A stretch of 64,000 bases of DNA from Christensenellales bacterium (GTDB lineage: Bacteria > Bacillota > Clostridia > Christensenellales > DTU072): positions 326-64,325 of the forward strand of contig JBMNTS010000005.1 of the NCBI GenBank assembly GCA_050945855.1, written 5' to 3'. The translations under genes and the position numbers were made by a program. The notes under the pieces were generated by a model. It was given only the letters and a program-made list of their open reading frames with translations, did not search any database and was not told the DNA's origin. Below, one piece after another: positions 36,644-46,132 of the stretch; position 1 is the stretch's first letter; each line of letters begins with the position of its first letter.

Positions 36644-37678
36644 TCATCGCGGAGCGGCTACGACCTCGTTTATTCTGTCCCTGTAAAAATCATCCGGTTT
36701 CTGTTTAACCACATAGCAATGTGTGCCGGCGGCATCCTCCTCAAATTCGTTTCTGCCGTTGGAAAACACCACTACCCTGCCCGCTACTTTTGAAAAGCCC
36801 GCCTCTTCGGGAGAGCCGATAACCGCTAAATAAGCTGTCATAGGGTCCCATGAACTTCTGCCCCCTATTGCGAATTGAGCACGCAAACAGCGATAGAGCA
36901 AATCGTCGGCACCCAGCTCGCGGCGGATGGTGCCCCCTGTTTTCACGTCCTTTCCGCATTCAAAACCCAAAAACACGATAGGTGTAACCCAACGCTCGCA
37001 TATAGTAATTGCTGATTGAACGGACAAGGGCTTGTGTCGGATATTGTATTCCCGCCCTTGGGGGAATTCTCCCGCCATAGCCCACAGCGTACCCACCCGC
37101 TCACGCACCAGTTCGCTGCCGGTGAGCGGCGAATACTCATCGGGAGGGCTGTCCAACAACCGCGCCAGACTATTCATAAATCCCACGGAAATTATGTCGG
37201 CTTTCACTCCTTCGGGCAAGCCGGCCAAGGTCTTGCGGTAAAATAATACGCTGTCCGTGTATTCGGAGGAAGTCCGGTAAATACTGCCTCCGCCGTGCCG
37301 GATAGCGGCACCGTGATAGGCGGAGGTGATTGCGTACCGTGTCGCCCGGCAGTCTACGGCAATGGGCAGACGAATGCCCTCGTTTGCGACAAAACTGTCC
37401 AAAGCCGGGCCGGACGTTTTGATGGGCGCGTTAATATTTACGCCCAACAGCGTTATCTCTCCCGCCAAATGCTTGCGTACCAGATACCTGACCGCCACCG
37501 CGTCGTCCACGTCCGCAAGCCAGTCCGTATCCAGAATAAAACAGCGATTTGTCCCGGAGACAACAATCTCCTCCGGCTGTTGGTTGACGATAGTCACTTT
37601 GGCGCAACCGGTAAGCAAGCACGCCAAGCAGATTATCTGCGTCAACAACAGCGCAATTTTAAATGAATTTTTTCTCAT
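36644..37678 (-). CDS. lipoprotein with nucleoside hydrolase (IUNH)-like domain
   Basis: Preferred start is the ATG at 37678 (RBS GGGAGGG, 5 nt). Signal peptide with lipobox LTGC. FILDTDWLADVDDAVAV resembles the DxDxxxDD nucleoside-hydrolase signature. Confidence 0.55.
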   Translation of the reverse strand: MRKNSFKIALLLTQIICLACLLTGCAKVTIVNQQPEEIVVSGTNRCFILDTDWLADVDDAVAVRYLVRKHLAGEITLLGVNINAPIKTSGPALDSFVANEGIRLPIAVDCRATRYAITSAYHGAAIRHGGGSIYRTSSEYTDSVLFYRKTLAGLPEGVKADIISVGFMNSLARLLDSPPDEYSPLTGSELVRERVGTLWAMAGEFPQGREYNIRHKPLSVQSAITICERWVTPIVFLGFECGKDVKTGGTIRRELGADDLLYRCLRAQFAIGGRSSWDPMTAYLAVIGSPEEAGFSKVAGRVVVFSNGRNEFEEDAAGTHCYVVKQKPDDFYRDRINEVVAAPR

Positions 37679-37826
37679 AGCGACCCTCCCGAATACCAAT
37701 CAACAGCTTGGTCAGGCTTTACTTTCTTATTCTATCATATTTCCGGTATTTCAAAGCCGTTTGACTGATTTTTTATCTCTTGCGGCGATTAGACCGTGAA
37801 TCTGACAGACAAATGGCGCATTGGCG

Positions 37827-37853
37827 CAAAAAAAGCCGCGTCGGAGCGGCTTT
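37827..37853 (-). terminator. rho-independent terminator
   Basis: Minus strand reads AAAGCCGC-tccgac-GCGGCTTTTTTTGC, directly after the 37887 gene. Confidence 0.7.
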
Positions 37854-37886
37854 GAAAAATACAATAGGATTATTGCGTTTTTTTAA

Positions 37887-39362
37887 TTATATTTCGTCAA
37901 AGAATTTGCCTTTGGTTTCCAGTTTCAGTTTGTAGTATTTGTAGTTGGGGTTGGCTACCTTGATTTTTTCCTTATACTTATTGGATTTTCCGTAGACAAA
38001 GCGGTAATTGTCCAGGCGCAGGCGGTAACGCTTGATGCCGTAGTCGCCGCGCGTGCGGATAACCATATCGTTGTAGGCGATAAAGAGCAGGATAACCATG
38101 GGCAGCAGGTGATACGCCTTAAAGTAGTTGGTGCTGAGAGCGGCGTACGCTCCCGCGGCCATCAGCGCGAAAGCGGACATTTTGCTGAACACGGAAAAGC
38201 TGGAGCCTATCAATATATATTTGTATACGGTAAAGCCCGCGAACAGCACAAGACCCACAATGCCCAGATTGTTCAGTACCTGCAATATACTGCTGTTGTA
38301 CCAGAGGATATTGACCCCGCCGCCCGAAAAAGGCGAATTAAACCCAAACCCGTTGCCGAGCAGCTTTTCGCCGTTAATAAATTCGGTAAGCGCGATTTCC
38401 CAATTAATCAATACATCGCCCAGCCCCGGTTTTAAGGCATTGGTCAATACCGGAGTTACCAAGGGGAAGGCAAGAAGTAGCGCGATAACTATAACGCCGA
38501 TTGCCGCAAGCTGCGCGATTATGCGCTTAGGCTTTCTTGCTCTTACCAGTCCGTAACTCAGCATAATCACGGTAAAGACAATCATTACCAGCAGGGCAAG
38601 CGATTCTCCCGTGGCAAGAATGGTGATCAGATTGAGGGCGTAAAGTATGGAGTAGGCCAGCGGCCGTCTTGCGCGCATGGCAAGATACAGGCTGAAAGGC
38701 GCCAGCACAATCAGCGCCATCGCCACCGCGGAGGCGTCGCCCCAGCCCAGGTTAAAGCCGCCCGCTACCAGATTGTCAAAGAAATCTCCGCCGCCGAGGA
38801 TAAGCGAAAGCCAGAATTGCGCCATAACCACAATGCTTGCGCCCACAAGGCTTTGGGTAAAAAACAGTTTCCAGTTGGTTTTAATCAGATTGCATAAGAG
38901 GATGTAGAGAGAAGTCATCCCCAAGATAATCTGCAGACCCACAAACCAGCCCCGCGAAAAGAGCTGTTTATTGATTAATCCGCCCGCGAGCAGGGCAAGC
39001 CCCAAAAGCAAAAACGCTATCAGACCTCTGTTAAAATGCATAACCAGTTTTTGCTTTTCGTAGTAAATCAGACAGCAAATCAGGTAAACGCCGATTAATA
39101 CGGAGAGCATTATGGTCATTTCCCTGGTGTTTAATAGGCTGCTCTCGGCAAAGATAAATGGGGCGCAAAGCACAATGGGTACCATCCCCGTCATTTCTTT
39201 TTCCAAAAGTACGATTACCAGCATGGCTGCGCAGTACGCAGCTATGGCAATATAAGGAATTTTTGCCACCCAGGCGCCCAGGGTAGCCAGCATAATCAGC
39301 AGTATGTACCCCTTGGACCTGAAGAAGGCGGATGTCTTTTTCCTTGCACTTATTGCGACCAT
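37887..39362 (-). CDS. polytopic membrane protein, O-antigen ligase/polymerase (Wzy_C)-like
   Basis: 491 aa, at least 10 TM helices, a central loop region followed by more TMs and a basic C-terminal tail. The assignment rests on topology and general resemblance only. Confidence 0.45.
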   Translation of the reverse strand: MVAISARKKTSAFFRSKGYILLIMLATLGAWVAKIPYIAIAAYCAAMLVIVLLEKEMTGMVPIVLCAPFIFAESSLLNTREMTIMLSVLIGVYLICCLIYYEKQKLVMHFNRGLIAFLLLGLALLAGGLINKQLFSRGWFVGLQIILGMTSLYILLCNLIKTNWKLFFTQSLVGASIVVMAQFWLSLILGGGDFFDNLVAGGFNLGWGDASAVAMALIVLAPFSLYLAMRARRPLAYSILYALNLITILATGESLALLVMIVFTVIMLSYGLVRARKPKRIIAQLAAIGVIVIALLLAFPLVTPVLTNALKPGLGDVLINWEIALTEFINGEKLLGNGFGFNSPFSGGGVNILWYNSSILQVLNNLGIVGLVLFAGFTVYKYILIGSSFSVFSKMSAFALMAAGAYAALSTNYFKAYHLLPMVILLFIAYNDMVIRTRGDYGIKRYRLRLDNYRFVYGKSNKYKEKIKVANPNYKYYKLKLETKGKFFDEI

Positions 39363-39381
39363 ATCAATCTCTCCTTAATTC

Positions 39382-40287
39382 TCATAGCCTATTATTCTTT
39401 AACACTTCGACCAACTCAAAAATACGCGCCAAATCGTCCTGACTGTAATAGTCTATGTATATCCGGCCTTTGCTTTTATTGCCGGTCACGCTTACTTTTG
39501 TGGCAAAGATCCTCTTCATATCGTTAAGCAAGCCTTTGAATTGGGCCTCCAACTCCTGCTTTTCTTCTTCGCTTAACGCTTTCTTTTGCAGCTCCGGATT
39601 AAGGTATACCCTTACCATGCGCTCCGCCTGCCTTACGCTCAGTCCGTTGTTTATTATTTTCGCGGCGAACTGCAACTGCTTTTCCTCATCCTGAACGCTG
39701 ATAAGACAACGCGCGTGCCCCGCGGAAAGACTGCCTTTGCGCACCAGTTCCTTTACCTCTTCGCATAAGGAAAGCAGCCTTAAGGAATTGGTAACGCTGG
39801 GACGGGCTTTGCCCACTTTGTCCGCGAGCTCCGCCTGGGTGAGGCCGTATAAGTCGATAAGCTCTTTGAGCGCCTCCGCTTCCTCAATCGCGTTAAGGTC
39901 CTCTCTTTGCAGGTTTTCTATAAGGCTTACTTCCTTTGCCTGCCTTTCGTCCAGCGCCTTTACAATAACGGGAATTTTGTCAAGACCCGCAAGTTTTGCC
40001 GCCCTTACCCGTCTTTCCCCGGCGACTACTATGTAACTATCTCCTCTCTTTTGTACGATTATCGGTTGAAGCAAACCGTATTCCCGTATTGATTGAGCCA
40101 GTTCTTCCAATTCCTCTTTGCCGAAATACTTGCGCGGCTGATTGGGATTAAAGATTATTTTGGCAAGCTCCGCCTCATAAATCTTTTCTCCTTCCTCGCT
40201 GCTTATTAACGTAAGTTCTGACAATGAGGCGTCCTCTATGTTGCTGAGCAGCGTAGAGAGACCTTTGCCAATTCGTTTTTTGGACAT
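39382..40287 (-). CDS. parB: ParB/Spo0J/Noc family partition protein
   Basis: NPNQPRKYF, LAQSIREYGLLQPIIV and VAGERRVRAAKLAG ParB-box motifs, plus the HTH GLTQAELADKVGKARPSVTNSLRLL. Confidence 0.85.
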   Translation of the reverse strand: MSKKRIGKGLSTLLSNIEDASLSELTLISSEEGEKIYEAELAKIIFNPNQPRKYFGKEELEELAQSIREYGLLQPIIVQKRGDSYIVVAGERRVRAAKLAGLDKIPVIVKALDERQAKEVSLIENLQREDLNAIEEAEALKELIDLYGLTQAELADKVGKARPSVTNSLRLLSLCEEVKELVRKGSLSAGHARCLISVQDEEKQLQFAAKIINNGLSVRQAERMVRVYLNPELQKKALSEEEKQELEAQFKGLLNDMKRIFATKVSVTGNKSKGRIYIDYYSQDDLARIFELVEVLKNNRL

Positions 40288-40312
40288 AATCGGGCTCCTT
40301 TGCTTGTGTATC

Positions 40313-41002
40313 TTATAAGGGTTTAGCCTTGGCTTTTCCCGCGCTTCTGGGGTACTTGGGATTGGTTTTCCCCAGCTTTTTTATTATCACTAAACTCCTT
40401 AAGTAAGTGTTATCCAGTAAAAACTGATGTGTGTGTTCGATAACGCAGTTCAGTTCGGCAAGCGCGTTGCCGCTTGCGGCGATTTCCGCCGCCGCGTCGC
40501 TCTTGTACGCTATCAGCCTGCCGCCCGTCTTAAGGTAGGGGACGACATACTCTATCAGCACGGGCAGGCTTGCCACCGCCCTTGCCAGACCTACGTCAAA
40601 GCTCTCCCTTAAATGTCCTATGTCCTCCGCCCGCCTGTGGAGCGCGCAAACATTGGAAAGGGCAAGCTCCCCTATTGCCTTAAGAGTGAAATTGACCCTC
40701 TTTGCCAGCGAATCTATTAAGGTGAGCCTGCAATCAGGTCTTGCTATGGCAATGACCAGTCCGGGCAGTCCCGCCCCGCTGCCTACATCCACCACGCTTG
40801 CGCCCGAGGGTATAAAGCTGTGCGCGCTCAGGCTGTCCGCGAGATGTTTAATAAGCACGTCATAAGGCTCGCTCACCGCGGTAAGGTTGTACTTTTTGTT
40901 TTCTTCCAGCAGTATGGCGGAGAATTTCAACAGGGAATCGGCCGCGCTTTCGCTTAAATCCAATCCCAATTCTCCCGCTTTTTGCATCAATATTTCACGC
41001 AT
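40313..41002 (-). CDS. rsmG: 16S rRNA (guanine527-N7)-methyltransferase
   Basis: KYNLTAV...IKHLADSL...VVDVGSGAGLPGLVIAI is typical of RsmG/GidB. Lies immediately upstream of parB, as in Firmicutes. Confidence 0.9.
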   Translation of the reverse strand: MREILMQKAGELGLDLSESAADSLLKFSAILLEENKKYNLTAVSEPYDVLIKHLADSLSAHSFIPSGASVVDVGSGAGLPGLVIAIARPDCRLTLIDSLAKRVNFTLKAIGELALSNVCALHRRAEDIGHLRESFDVGLARAVASLPVLIEYVVPYLKTGGRLIAYKSDAAAEIAASGNALAELNCVIEHTHQFLLDNTYLRSLVIIKKLGKTNPKYPRSAGKAKAKPL

Positions 41003-41136
41003 AACCTACCGTCGATGCGACTGCATAAACCAGTGCATAATATATAATATCATTAATCATGTATTTTTTCAATAGCAAAAAAAGCAAATAAAAAGAAATT
41101 TTTCCAAAAGAAAGAGGAAAAATTTGACCTTTAAGC

Positions 41137-41967
41137 CTACTTCAAAAGCTTTGTAAACACAAAACGGTATAAAAAGTCCTGCACTCTTTCGGGCATGGCG
41201 CTCAATAAAAAGAGGGCTTTGGAGAGGTTGACCTTGTAGGCAAGGCGCGGCTTTTTGGCAAGTAACGCCTTGTAAACCGTGCGCGCCAGAACCTCCGGGG
41301 CCTTTGCGTGTTTTAATTCGTTTTGCATAAGCGGACGCATTCTGGCGATTACCTCTTTATGCAATGAGGTCCTTTCCAGCATTTTATTATAGCTTTCCTC
41401 GGCGGCGGCGTGCATCTGGGTCTTAAACGAGCCTGGATTGATTTTTATTACTTTTATCCCTAAAAACAGCATTTCCCGCCTGAGGGAATCCGAATACGCC
41501 TCCACGGCATATTTGGATGCGCCGTAAAAACCGTTGAAAGGCTGAGGGCTGAACAGCCCTATTTCCGAGCTGATGTTGATTATGCGCCCTTTGGAGGCGT
41601 GGATGAGCGGGAAAAAGTATTTGTTGACGGTGTACATTCCCAGCAGGTTTACTTTCAGCAACCTTTCCATGGTGTTCTCGCTCTCCTCCACCAGCGAACC
41701 CATCGCCATCATACCCGCAAAATTGATTACGGCGTCCAGTCCGCCCCGCGCCTCAATCATTTCCGCCGCACTCTTCACGCTTGCCCCGTCCAGAATGTCC
41801 GTTTTAACAGGGATTATGTTGGCGTGATTAATGCCGGAAAGCAGTTTTTCGTTGATATCCAAGGCGTATACGGTCATACCCTTGTCCGCCAGATAATATG
41901 CTGTGGCAGCGCCCAGTCCGCCGGCGCCTCCGGTTATGGCTACTCTCAGTCCTTTGCCTGCTTGCAT
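41137..41967 (-). CDS. SDR family oxidoreductase
   Basis: ITGGAGGLGAATA glycine motif and YGASK (YxxxK). Confidence 0.85.
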   Translation of the reverse strand: MQAGKGLRVAITGGAGGLGAATAYYLADKGMTVYALDINEKLLSGINHANIIPVKTDILDGASVKSAAEMIEARGGLDAVINFAGMMAMGSLVEESENTMERLLKVNLLGMYTVNKYFFPLIHASKGRIINISSEIGLFSPQPFNGFYGASKYAVEAYSDSLRREMLFLGIKVIKINPGSFKTQMHAAAEESYNKMLERTSLHKEVIARMRPLMQNELKHAKAPEVLARTVYKALLAKKPRLAYKVNLSKALFLLSAMPERVQDFLYRFVFTKLLK

Positions 41968-41978
41968 TTAAGCCTCCG

Positions 41979-42767
41979 TCATAAATTATAAAATTCCCGC
42001 GCGTTTTCGCGCAATATTTTTTCTTCCTTTTCCTGCCCCAGCCCTAAGGAGAGCAGGATATCCCTTTCCTTGTCCGCCCCGCTCATGGGATAATCCGAGC
42101 CGAACATTACTTTATCCGCCCCGAAAAATTCGATAAGCCGCGCCCCCCTTTCCCTGTCCATAAAGCACAGCGCGGAGCAGGAGTCAAAGCGGCAGTCAAC
42201 CTCCGCGTAGCAAGCCACCTCGTCCCATTTGGTATAGCCGCCCAGATGCGCCGCGACGGCCTTCAGCTTAGGATACCTCTTCAACACCTTAACCAGCCTT
42301 TTGGGGTGCGAAAAGTCCTTGTTCGGGTCACCCACATGAAACAATACGGGCAATACGCCGGCAACTGCCGAATAGATGTTTTCCGCCTTTGGACTGTCGA
42401 TATCAAAGCGCTGGAAATCCGAATGCAGCTTGACGCCCTTAAGACCGTTTGCCAGCGCGAACTCGATTTCGCGGTCTATCTCTTTTGGGGTAAGGTCGGG
42501 ATGCAGGCTGATAAGCCCCGCGAAAGCGGGATTGCGGCAGCTTTCGCAAATAAAGGTGTTGATGGAGCGCACTTGATGCACTTTTGTGGCGACGCTGCTG
42601 ACTATGGTTTTTTCAACGCCGTGCTTTGCGCACATATCCAGCAAAACCCCCGCGCTCCCGTCATAGAGCATAGGTATGGAATAAAAGTCACCTATGTTTT
42701 GGGAGGCGGCCGAAGCTATTTTATCCGGGAAAATGTGCGCGTGGGCGTCTATTATTTTATAACGCAT
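41979..42767 (-). CDS. amidohydrolase-2 type metal-dependent TIM-barrel hydrolase
   Basis: IIDAHAHIFP (HxH) at the N-terminus and a C-terminal FGSDYP motif. Confidence 0.75.
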   Translation of the reverse strand: MRYKIIDAHAHIFPDKIASAASQNIGDFYSIPMLYDGSAGVLLDMCAKHGVEKTIVSSVATKVHQVRSINTFICESCRNPAFAGLISLHPDLTPKEIDREIEFALANGLKGVKLHSDFQRFDIDSPKAENIYSAVAGVLPVLFHVGDPNKDFSHPKRLVKVLKRYPKLKAVAAHLGGYTKWDEVACYAEVDCRFDSCSALCFMDRERGARLIEFFGADKVMFGSDYPMSGADKERDILLSLGLGQEKEEKILRENAREFYNL

Positions 42768-42844
42768 GAATTTTCCTTATCATCTTTGATATAAACATTG
42801 TAACACATTTACATTAATAAGCAAAATAAATTGCGCGTTTAGTC

Positions 42845-42873
42845 TTGAAAGTAATGAGGTTATCGGGTATAAT
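42845..42873 (+). promoter_or_regulatory. promoter of the hemolysin-III/lipid kinase genes
   Basis: TTGAAA - 17 nt - TATAAT. Confidence 0.6.
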
Positions 42874-42891
42874 GGTTAGGATATTTTTGCA

Positions 42892-43572
42892 GTGGAGAAC
42901 GCTATGCAGGACGAAAAACCCGGGATGCATCTTTATAAGCCCAAAGAGGAGCTGTTAAACACGATAAGCCACGCTTTTGCCACCTTTCTTTCTTTAATCG
43001 GATTGATTTTTATCCTATTGAAATTGCAGGGCAAAGACAGCGTAACCATTTTTGCCATGATGATTTTTTCTTTGGGGCTAATCGGCGTTTATTCCGCTTC
43101 CACCCTTTATCACGGCACAAAAAATTTACTGCGCAAACGGATATGGCAAAAGGTGGACCACGCCATGGTAGCCATAATTTTATTGGCCGCCGCCGCACCC
43201 CTGCTGCTTATTATCGCGAGCGGAACGGTGGCTTCGGTTATGCTTAGCCTTGTGTTTGCCTCTACCGCGGTAAACGTCGCGCTCAACCTTATCAGCGTGC
43301 AAAAATACAAAAAGCACTCTCTGGGGCTGTTGGGGCTTACGGTAATCTTTGTTATAACGGGGCTTATTGTCAATGGCAGGCCTTACCCCAAAGAGTTTTA
43401 TTCCCTGCTTTGCGCGGGCTTTGCGGTGATTTTCGCGGGAGGCGGGTTTTATCTCAAAAAATCTGTGGATTATACCCATTTTATATGGCATATCAGCAAC
43501 ATTATAGCTACCGGATTTTTATATTTTGCATTTTATTTCTTTGTTATTATAAAGTGCGAAAAAATTTACTAA
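42892..43572 (+). CDS. hemolysin III / PAQR family membrane protein
   Basis: 7-TM profile with NTISH, STLYH, VDHAMV and a C-terminal HFIWH motif. The start is either GTG 42892 or ATG 42904. Confidence 0.8.
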   Translation: MENAMQDEKPGMHLYKPKEELLNTISHAFATFLSLIGLIFILLKLQGKDSVTIFAMMIFSLGLIGVYSASTLYHGTKNLLRKRIWQKVDHAMVAIILLAAAAPLLLIIASGTVASVMLSLVFASTAVNVALNLISVQKYKKHSLGLLGLTVIFVITGLIVNGRPYPKEFYSLLCAGFAVIFAGGGFYLKKSVDYTHFIWHISNIIATGFLYFAFYFFVIIKCEKIY

Positions 43573-43593
43573 AGGAAAGGACGACGAAATAAA

Positions 43594-44505
43594 ATGAACT
43601 GTTTGATTATCAACAACCCCTATAGCGGAAAATGCAAGTCCGAACAGGAACTGGCCTACATCAAGGAAAGGCTGCTGGAGAAATATAGCGCGGTAGACAT
43701 CATCAGCACCGCCCGGCATAAGGAAGCCATAGAGATAAGCGCGGATAATGCCGAAAAATATCATACCTATGTAGTGGTGGGCGGGGACGGCACTTTCAGC
43801 GAGGTGATCCAAGGGATAGCGGGCAGGGAAATCCGGCCCGTTGTAGGTTATGTGCCCACGGGCACCACCAATGATTTTGCCAAATGCTGCAATATCCCTG
43901 TGGATATAAAAGACGCGGTGGACGTGATACTGGCAGGGCGGGAAGCGGAGCGGAGCGCGCTGTTTGTAAACGGCGAAGTGGCGGTATACGTGGTTGCCGC
44001 GGGTATGCTTACCAGTTCCAGCTACACAGCCAAACAGTCCGTCAAAAGGAAAGTAGGACGCATCGCCTATTACTTTGAAGCTTTTTTCAGAGATAAATGC
44101 AGGTGGGGCACGTATCTGCGGATAATCACGGACAAGGTGCATGATGCGCGGTTCAATATCGTGGTTTGCATCCACGGGCTGTATCTGGGCGGGCTGCACA
44201 TTAATTCCGCTTACGAGCAAAACGCGGACAAGTTCGGTCTGGCAATGATTAAAAAGGGCAAAGGACCCATAGCCTTTATCCGGGCGCTGTGGCATACCGG
44301 CAAAGCGATAATCAAAAAAATGGATAAGGTAAAGCAAAACAAATATATAGTTGTCGAATGGGTGGATAAGGTAAAAATCGAGGACCTAAACAATTGCACG
44401 GTATGGAATAAAGACGGCGAAAAGGGCCCGGTGGGCAGCATAGAAATCGAAATCAAGCCCAATCAGTACAGGGCTATCGTGGGCGAAAGCTCGCCAAAAA
44501 AATAA
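43594..44505 (+). CDS. diacylglycerol kinase catalytic-domain lipid kinase (YegS/DagK-like)
   Basis: LIINNPYSGK and VVGGDGTFSEV motifs. Confidence 0.85.
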   Translation: MNCLIINNPYSGKCKSEQELAYIKERLLEKYSAVDIISTARHKEAIEISADNAEKYHTYVVVGGDGTFSEVIQGIAGREIRPVVGYVPTGTTNDFAKCCNIPVDIKDAVDVILAGREAERSALFVNGEVAVYVVAAGMLTSSSYTAKQSVKRKVGRIAYYFEAFFRDKCRWGTYLRIITDKVHDARFNIVVCIHGLYLGGLHINSAYEQNADKFGLAMIKKGKGPIAFIRALWHTGKAIIKKMDKVKQNKYIVVEWVDKVKIEDLNNCTVWNKDGEKGPVGSIEIEIKPNQYRAIVGESSPKK

Positions 44506-44563
44506 GACCAGGGATACCAAAACATTTTAATCGGTCACCCAAAAAGGAGAAAACAAAACAATA

Positions 44564-45994
44564 ATGCAAGATTATAATAAAAAGTATCTGACGCGTACCA
44601 ACGTGTTTTCCTTTGCCGCAGGCGGCTTCGGACAAAATATGATAATAGGAATAGTCAATTCCTTTATCCTGTTTTTTTATACGGACATTCTTCTTATACC
44701 CACCGCCGCGGTAACCGTGCTGATGGCTTCCGCCAGGATTTTTGACGCGCTTAACGACCCGATTATGGGCATAATCGTAGACAAGACGCGCTCACGCTGG
44801 GGCAAACTCAGGCCGTATATTTTCGCAACGGTACTGCCTTTGGCGATAATCACCACCTTGCTGTTTTACGCCCCCGATTTGTCCGAAAAAGGCAAAATCG
44901 TTTACGCTTACATAACTTACTTTAGTTTCGGCATTATTTATACTATTTGCGACGTGCCTTTCTGGGGGCTTGCCTCCGCGATGACGCCCAATCCGGAAGA
45001 GCGTATACGCTTTATTTCTTTTTCCAGACTCTTTCACTCGGTGGGCGGCGCGCTGCCTATTCTGCTGGTGCCGATGTTTGTAAGTCTTGCGGGCGGCAGC
45101 AACCGGAAGGGATATTTTTCCGCGGGCTTGTTTGTGGGTATAGTGGGAGCGGCGCTGTTCTCTCTTGCTTTTTTCGGCACCAATGAAAGATGTGTTCAAT
45201 CGGAAAAAGCGCCCACGCTTAAGGATAACATAAAATTCTTTTTAATCAACCGCCCCCTTCAGCTGGTTGTGGGAGCCAACATTCTGGGCGCGGGCAGGGC
45301 TATCGCAATGGTGGCGAGTATGTATATCGCCGTATACCTTTTAGGCAACCCCTCCCTTAATATCATTGTTTTGGGCTCCTTTGGCGTTACGGGCTATTTA
45401 GGCATGCTGATTACTCCTCTGCTTGCCAAAAAAATCAACTACCGTCAAATGTATATTATGTGTACCATAATCGGCGTAACGGCAAATGCGCTGATGTTTG
45501 TTTGGGGGCAAAGCATGGCGGCTATTCTGGTTTGTATGGTAATAGCGGGCTTCCCTTACGGCGTGGCATCCAATATCAATTACGCCATGATTGCGGACAG
45601 CGTGGATTACGTGGAATGGAAAACGGGCAAACGCACGGAGGGCGTGTCAGCATCCTTCCAGACGCTTATGAACAAGCTTATGTCCGCCCTGCAGGTGGCG
45701 GGCACCGCTTACGCGCTCAAAACAGTCGGTTTTAAGCAGCCGGTTATGATTGACGGCGAACCGGTGACGCAGGTGCAGACGCAAGGCACGCTTAACGGCA
45801 TTTTCTTTGTAATTTCCATTATCCCCATGGTCAGTTGGATAATCGGACTGGCGCCTATGCTCTTCTACACCTTTATAGGCGAAAAGCGGCAGATTGCCCA
45901 CAGGGCGATAATTGATATGCGCAACCAAATCGGCGCGAAAGCCGAAGGGCAAGGCGTAGGGTGTGAAGATATAGAGTTTTTTGAGGAATACTAA
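44564..45994 (+). CDS. GPH:cation symporter family MFS transporter (second copy)
   Basis: Same motif set as 26011..27402 (FSFAAGGFGQNM...FYTD; RIFDALNDPIMGIIVDKTRSRWGKLRPY). Confidence 0.85.
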   Translation: MQDYNKKYLTRTNVFSFAAGGFGQNMIIGIVNSFILFFYTDILLIPTAAVTVLMASARIFDALNDPIMGIIVDKTRSRWGKLRPYIFATVLPLAIITTLLFYAPDLSEKGKIVYAYITYFSFGIIYTICDVPFWGLASAMTPNPEERIRFISFSRLFHSVGGALPILLVPMFVSLAGGSNRKGYFSAGLFVGIVGAALFSLAFFGTNERCVQSEKAPTLKDNIKFFLINRPLQLVVGANILGAGRAIAMVASMYIAVYLLGNPSLNIIVLGSFGVTGYLGMLITPLLAKKINYRQMYIMCTIIGVTANALMFVWGQSMAAILVCMVIAGFPYGVASNINYAMIADSVDYVEWKTGKRTEGVSASFQTLMNKLMSALQVAGTAYALKTVGFKQPVMIDGEPVTQVQTQGTLNGIFFVISIIPMVSWIIGLAPMLFYTFIGEKRQIAHRAIIDMRNQIGAKAEGQGVGCEDIEFFEEY

Positions 45995-46078
45995 TTGCGT
46001 CCGCAAGGCGCGCCCTGCGAACGCAAATGATACGTTCCCTTCGGGAACATGATACACGCCCTTACGGGCGCATGATAC
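45995..46078 (+). repeat. hairpin array with conserved ATGATAC spacers
   Basis: A long hairpin TTGCGT...ACGCAA encloses GGCGCGCC. Then ATGATAC / GTTCCC-ttc-GGGAAC / ATGATAC / CGCCC-ttac-GGGCG / cATGATAC. Period 22-23 bp. It begins 1 nt after the stop of the 44564 gene. Confidence 0.7.
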
Positions 46079-46132
46079 AAGCTACCCTCTTATTTGTGCT
46101 TGCTTTCCGGACGGCTTTTTGCAGAGAATGGG

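Noticed and set aside
36936-36955. TGTTTTCACGTCC, looked at as a possible parS half-site
   Set aside because: It is not palindromic and lacks the GTGAAACA arm. It lies inside a coding region far from parB.
41076-41125. AT-rich 10-bp hairpin plus T-rich tract as terminator after the 41137 SDR gene
   Set aside because: The stem has only two G:C pairs. It is too weak to call with confidence.
43519-44337. 272-aa minus-strand ORF opposite the DAG-kinase-like gene
   Set aside because: The plus-strand gene carries the GGDGT lipid-kinase motif and a proper start. The antisense product has no recognisable features.
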